64,000 bases of DNA from a bacterium (GTDB lineage: Bacteria > Krumholzibacteriota > Krumholzibacteriia > G020349025): assembly GCA_031362565.1 (NCBI GenBank), contig JANLSU010000106.1, positions 32,001 through 96,000 of the forward strand, in the 5' to 3' direction. Below are positions 60,257 to 64,000 of this stretch, in pieces. The translations under genes and the position numbers were made by a program. Below the pieces are notes generated by a model. That model had not been told where the DNA came from and made no database searches. It worked only from the letters and a program-made list of their open reading frames with translations. Within the stretch, counting starts at the first letter, position 1. The number at the start of each line of letters is the position of its first letter.

Positions 60257-60407
60257 CCTGTCACTTCTGGAGCCATCGGGTGTCCACACGGTCGCGGCGG
60301 CGGCCGCATGGTTCTGCGTGGTGTATCGCTACGGAGTGTTCCGCGCCGCCCAAGGTCGCTGGACTAAACCTTGCTTGTAGAGCCCTCGTGGCTCCAAGGA
60401 GGTGGGC

Positions 60408-60815
60408 ATGCGGTCCCTCGAGTACAGTGTCGAGACCGTGGGTGCGAAGAAGACGATCGCGATCTTGTCGCTCGACGGTTATGTCGACAGCGCGACCTCG
60501 CTGAACATGGACGAGGCTATCGACTCGATCCTGCAGCAGCGGGTCTATCAGATCGTGGTCGATTTGACCAAGGTGAGCTATATCAGCTCGGCCGGATGGG
60601 GTGTGTTCATCAGCAAGATCAAGGACATCCGTGAGAACAACGGTGGCCTGAAGATCGCGGGGATGCGTCCCGACGTCCGCGACGTCTTCGACTTGCTCGG
60701 CTTTGGCCACATCATCGAAGCCCACGATACGGTGCAGGACGCGGTCAACGCGTTCGAAACGCAAAGCGGGCGCGACAAGCGCGAGGTCGTCACCGGCGGC
60801 CGTCGCACCGTCTGA
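60408..60815 (+). CDS. STAS anti-sigma-factor antagonist (RsbV/SpoIIAA-like)
   Basis: AAGGAGG RBS; LDGYVDS, VVDLTKVSYISSAGWG, VRDVFDLLGF. Confidence 0.93.
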   Translation: MRSLEYSVETVGAKKTIAILSLDGYVDSATSLNMDEAIDSILQQRVYQIVVDLTKVSYISSAGWGVFISKIKDIRENNGGLKIAGMRPDVRDVFDLLGFGHIIEAHDTVQDAVNAFETQSGRDKREVVTGGRRTV

Positions 60816-60971
60816 AGCCCCCAGTGATTTCTGGGCGGTGCAGGCCATCTCGAGGCCCGCACCGCCCGTCCGACGCCTCGATCCTCCTCCCCGCGACACG
60901 TAAGATCGTGTAGAGTCCCGGCACGGTGAGCGCCGTGTCAGGGGCCGACGACGGGAAGGAGGCGCTCGCGC

Positions 60972-63173
60972 GTGCTCTTCGCACTTCACTTGGCGACGCA
61001 ATCGCACTGGCCGCTCTTCGCTCTCCTGCCGGCGGCGCTGGTTCTGGCGCTCTGGGCGTATCGTCGAACCACCCCACCGCTCGCACCGCGACAACGCCTC
61101 GTACTGACGGCGTTGCGGGCGACCGCGTACGCGTGCTTGTGCCTCGTGCTCGCGAGTCCGGTTTGGAACCGCGAGCGGCACGACCCGCAGCGGGCGCGAA
61201 TTGCGGTGCTCATCGATGAGTCGGCGAGCATGTCGAACAACGACGGACCCGGCGGGCCGACGCGGCTCGAGCGGGCGCGTACCGCGCTCGGGACACTGCG
61301 GGATGCACTGCGTGGCGCGCCGGTGGATCTCGAAGTCGTGCCGTTCGCGGCGGCGCCGGACGCGCCCCAGTCTGCTGAGGCGTATTTGGCGGCGGCCCGC
61401 ACCGCCGTGGGACCGGCAACGGATCCGTTGGGAGCCATGGCGGCGACCGCCGACCGGCTGCGCGGCCAGAATCTGCAGGCCATCGTGCTGCTGAGCGACG
61501 GCCGCCCCACCCAGGGTGGTCTCGATCCCGGCTCGCGCACCGATCCGGGCCAGCCGGTTTTTGCGATCGGCCTCGGAGATTCACTGGCCGGGCGCGATCT
61601 GGCCATCGGCCGCTGCGAGTACAGCTCCATCGCTTATGTCGAAAGCGAAGCCGAGATCGATGTGCGCATCGAGTCGAGCGGCTTTCGCGGCCAAGCGTCG
61701 ACGCTGCACTTGCGCCAAGGCGAGCGCGACATTTTCTCGACGCACTTGCGCTTCGATCAGGATCGCAGCCGCGTCTCGGTGCGCGTGCCCGTGCAGTTGC
61801 ACGAGCCCGGCCGCCAGCGCTACCGGCTCGTTCTCGATGCCTTGCCGGGCGAACGGACCGAGCGCAACAACGCCCGCGAGATCAGCATCGAAGTGTTGCG
61901 CAACCGGATTCGCGTTCTGGTGGTGGCGGCGCGGCCGGATTGGGATGTGGCGTTTTGGGCCCGCGCGCTGCGCAGCGATCCCAGCGTTCGGCCGACCGTA
62001 GTGACGCAAGATGTGAACGGCGGATGGCGCAATGCCGAAGACGGCCGCGCTTTCGAATGGCCGCGCGGTGTGGCGTGGACGCGTGACTACGATCTCTACA
62101 TTTTAGGGACCCCGGGCACCGCGTGGCGCGGTGACTCCGCCAAGGAATTGCGCACCGCCGTTGAGCGCGGCAAGGGATTGCTGGTGCTGGGCGGACGTGA
62201 CGGAGTGCTCGGCGATGCGGCGTCCTTCGAGGCAATCGGTCCGCTCTTGCCGGTGGCGCGCCTGCGGGTGCGCGGGACGCGTTTTGGACAATCCTTACCG
62301 CGCCTCGCACCCCAAGGCAGGCTCCACCCGGTGACCGGTGCGCTCTTACCGCTCGCGGATGCGGCCGGCACTCTCACCGGCCTGCCGCCGCTTCTCGGCC
62401 AAGCGGACCTTGCCGCCAACGTCGGTGCCCTCACATTGCTCTCGACCGACGCCAACCCGGCGCTGCCATTGCTTGTCGTGGGGCGAGCCGGCGAAGGCCA
62501 GGTGGCGGTGGTCAACGGCTTTCCCCTTTGGCGGTGGGGATTCGCCGCCAACCCGGTCGTGCGCCAATCGGTCGGCGCGTTCACGAGCGGCATGGTGCGC
62601 TGGCTGACGCAGCCGCGTGACATTACCGCGGTGCAAGTGACGACTCCGAAACCGGTGTACGAAAGCGGTGCAGCGGTCGAGATCTACGCCCACGTGCTCG
62701 ATCCGCAATATGCACCGCTCGCCGACGCGCAGGTGCGCACCGATGTGCGGCGCGTCGACGACGGCAGCCCGAGCGGCAATGCGTTGTTGGAGCCGCGTGG
62801 CGGGCAGCCGGGCGAATACCAGGCGTCGATTCCTGGCCTGGCGGCTGGGGAGTACGAAGCCGAAGCAGTCGCGACCCACGGCGGGCGGGAAGTCGGCCGG
62901 GCACGGGTGCGGTTTACCGTCGATGCCTATTCGATCGAATTCGCCGACGCGCGCCAGGACGTGGATTTCCTGCGCGAAATCGCGGCGCGCACCGGCGGCC
63001 GCTATGTGGGGCCGGAAGCAGTGGCCGGCCTGGTGCAGGACTTGCCGCACGCGGCGCGCGACATCCTGGTGCGCAGCGAAATTGAAATCTGGAACACGAC
63101 GCCGCTCTTCGTGCTGTTCGTTCTGGTGTTGGGTGTCGAGTGGCTGATGCGCAAACGGTTCGGTTTGCTCTGA
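60972..63173 (+). CDS. Membrane-anchored VWA + Ig-like + glutamine-amidotransferase-like protein
   Basis: N-terminal TMs, MIDAS-like DESASM...LLSDG, ERTERNN, GLLVLGG, WRW, C-terminal TM ending EWLMRKRFGLL. Confidence 0.8.
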   Translation: MLFALHLATQSHWPLFALLPAALVLALWAYRRTTPPLAPRQRLVLTALRATAYACLCLVLASPVWNRERHDPQRARIAVLIDESASMSNNDGPGGPTRLERARTALGTLRDALRGAPVDLEVVPFAAAPDAPQSAEAYLAAARTAVGPATDPLGAMAATADRLRGQNLQAIVLLSDGRPTQGGLDPGSRTDPGQPVFAIGLGDSLAGRDLAIGRCEYSSIAYVESEAEIDVRIESSGFRGQASTLHLRQGERDIFSTHLRFDQDRSRVSVRVPVQLHEPGRQRYRLVLDALPGERTERNNAREISIEVLRNRIRVLVVAARPDWDVAFWARALRSDPSVRPTVVTQDVNGGWRNAEDGRAFEWPRGVAWTRDYDLYILGTPGTAWRGDSAKELRTAVERGKGLLVLGGRDGVLGDAASFEAIGPLLPVARLRVRGTRFGQSLPRLAPQGRLHPVTGALLPLADAAGTLTGLPPLLGQADLAANVGALTLLSTDANPALPLLVVGRAGEGQVAVVNGFPLWRWGFAANPVVRQSVGAFTSGMVRWLTQPRDITAVQVTTPKPVYESGAAVEIYAHVLDPQYAPLADAQVRTDVRRVDDGSPSGNALLEPRGGQPGEYQASIPGLAAGEYEAEAVATHGGREVGRARVRFTVDAYSIEFADARQDVDFLREIAARTGGRYVGPEAVAGLVQDLPHAARDILVRSEIEIWNTTPLFVLFVLVLGVEWLMRKRFGLL

Positions 63174-63204
63174 TCGAATTCTGCCCTGGGAACTCCCGTC
63201 CCGC

Positions 63205-64000
63205 ATGTCTTTCGCGCCGGTCGCCGCGCTCGCGGCGTTGGTTCTGAACGAGGTCCTGTACGACCCGCCCGGCGTCGATGCCGGACGCGAATTTGTCGAG
63301 ATCCTGAACGTTTCGAACGCCGACGTGCCGCTTGCCGGTCTCGAACTCGAGACCGGTGATGGGGCGCATCCCGGTGTGTGGCGGCATTCTTGGAGCGGCA
63401 CAGGCGGCGTTCTGGCGCCCGGTGCGTTCTTGGTGGTCGGTGGCGACAGCATCCACACTCCCGAACATCTCGCCGCGGACCTGCAGAACGGGCCGGATGC
63501 ATTGCGGCTGCGGCAGGACGGCGAAGTCCTGGATCGCTTGGGCTATGGCGCCCTCAACGATGCTGCGATGTTCGAGGGCCGGCCGGCGCAAGACGTCGCT
63601 AATGCCGGCCTGGCGCGTCTTCCCGATGGCCGTGACACCGGCGACAATCTGGCCGATTTCAGTCCGGCGCCGCCGTCGCCGGGACGCCGCAATCAGCTCT
63701 TGCACAACTTGCGCGTCACCCTCGTGGCGCCCGATCCGGCGACCGCGTGGCCCGGTCGAGCGCAGCGGGCCCGGGTCACGGTGCGCAACACGGGCGGCGA
63801 GACGGTGCCGTCGTGGGCGCTCGTTGCCTGGCTCGAACGCGCCGTCGGCGAGCCGGTGACCGGCGAGCCGGTCTTGGCGGTGGCGGAAACGCTCGCCACT
63901 CCGGGTCCGGGCGAGGCGATTGCCGCGCATGACAGCAGCGTCGTCGGGCTCGAATGGCTGGGGTCGCTCGGACTCGTGCGGATCGGTGCCGCATTGCGAA
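63205..64000 (+). CDS. Lamin-tail-domain (LTD) secreted protein, runs off window; absent from ORF track
   Basis: Manual translation MSFAPVAALAALVLNEVLYDPPGVDAGREFVEILN...LQNGPDALRL...LARLPDGRDT.DN..DF...SPG. Confidence 0.85.
   Translation, partial: MSFAPVAALAALVLNEVLYDPPGVDAGREFVEILNVSNADVPLAGLELETGDGAHPGVWRHSWSGTGGVLAPGAFLVVGGDSIHTPEHLAADLQNGPDALRLRQDGEVLDRLGYGALNDAAMFEGRPAQDVANAGLARLPDGRDTGDNLADFSPAPPSPGRRNQLLHNLRVTLVAPDPATAWPGRAQRARVTVRNTGGETVPSWALVAWLERAVGEPVTGEPVLAVAETLATPGPGEAIAAHDSSVVGLEWLGSLGLVRIGAALR

Noticed and set aside
60268..60400. tRNA, tmRNA or 6S RNA
   Set aside because: Acceptor-like stem only; no T-loop, CCA, tag ORF or 6S-type central bubble; kept only as a generic structure

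Overview
GC-rich bacterial chromosomal window from a diderm, LPS-producing organism (waaA/waaF-like genes). PorV-family barrels and cargo proteins with FlgD-Ig/T9SS-like tails suggest an FCB-superphylum lineage such as Krumholzibacteriota, Latescibacterota or Eisenbacteria; this is inference only. The left half is mostly housekeeping or metabolic: SpoIID, sixA, SDR, tRNA-Asp, FHA-GAF-PP2C, zwf-opcA-pgl, patatin, FTCD, squalene synthase, fused 2-oxoacid dehydrogenase E1, S9 peptidase, a MacAB-like exporter, an ATP-cone nucleoside kinase, a radical SAM enzyme, LPS core transferases and two CNNM proteins. The right half has two unusual envelope loci. (1) A translationally coupled run: ppdK, DUF4388, a secreted CBM9-like/FlgD-tail protein, PorV, two putative beta-barrels (one with CBM48) and a CBM48 lipoprotein. 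It resembles a SusC/D-independent alpha-glucan capture system. (2) A candidate sigma54-driven operon: a ~3,290-aa Ig-repeat surface protein, a PorV-TPR fusion, a ~1,267-aa membrane protein fusing a whole partner-switch circuit (RsbW-like kinase, periplasmic sensor, HAMP, PP2C, transposase-like tandem HTH, 2-3 STAS), an orphan ParA and a free STAS. No CRISPR array, integrase or complete mobile element was seen. Starts were adjusted by eye and domain calls come from motif recognition, not database searches.
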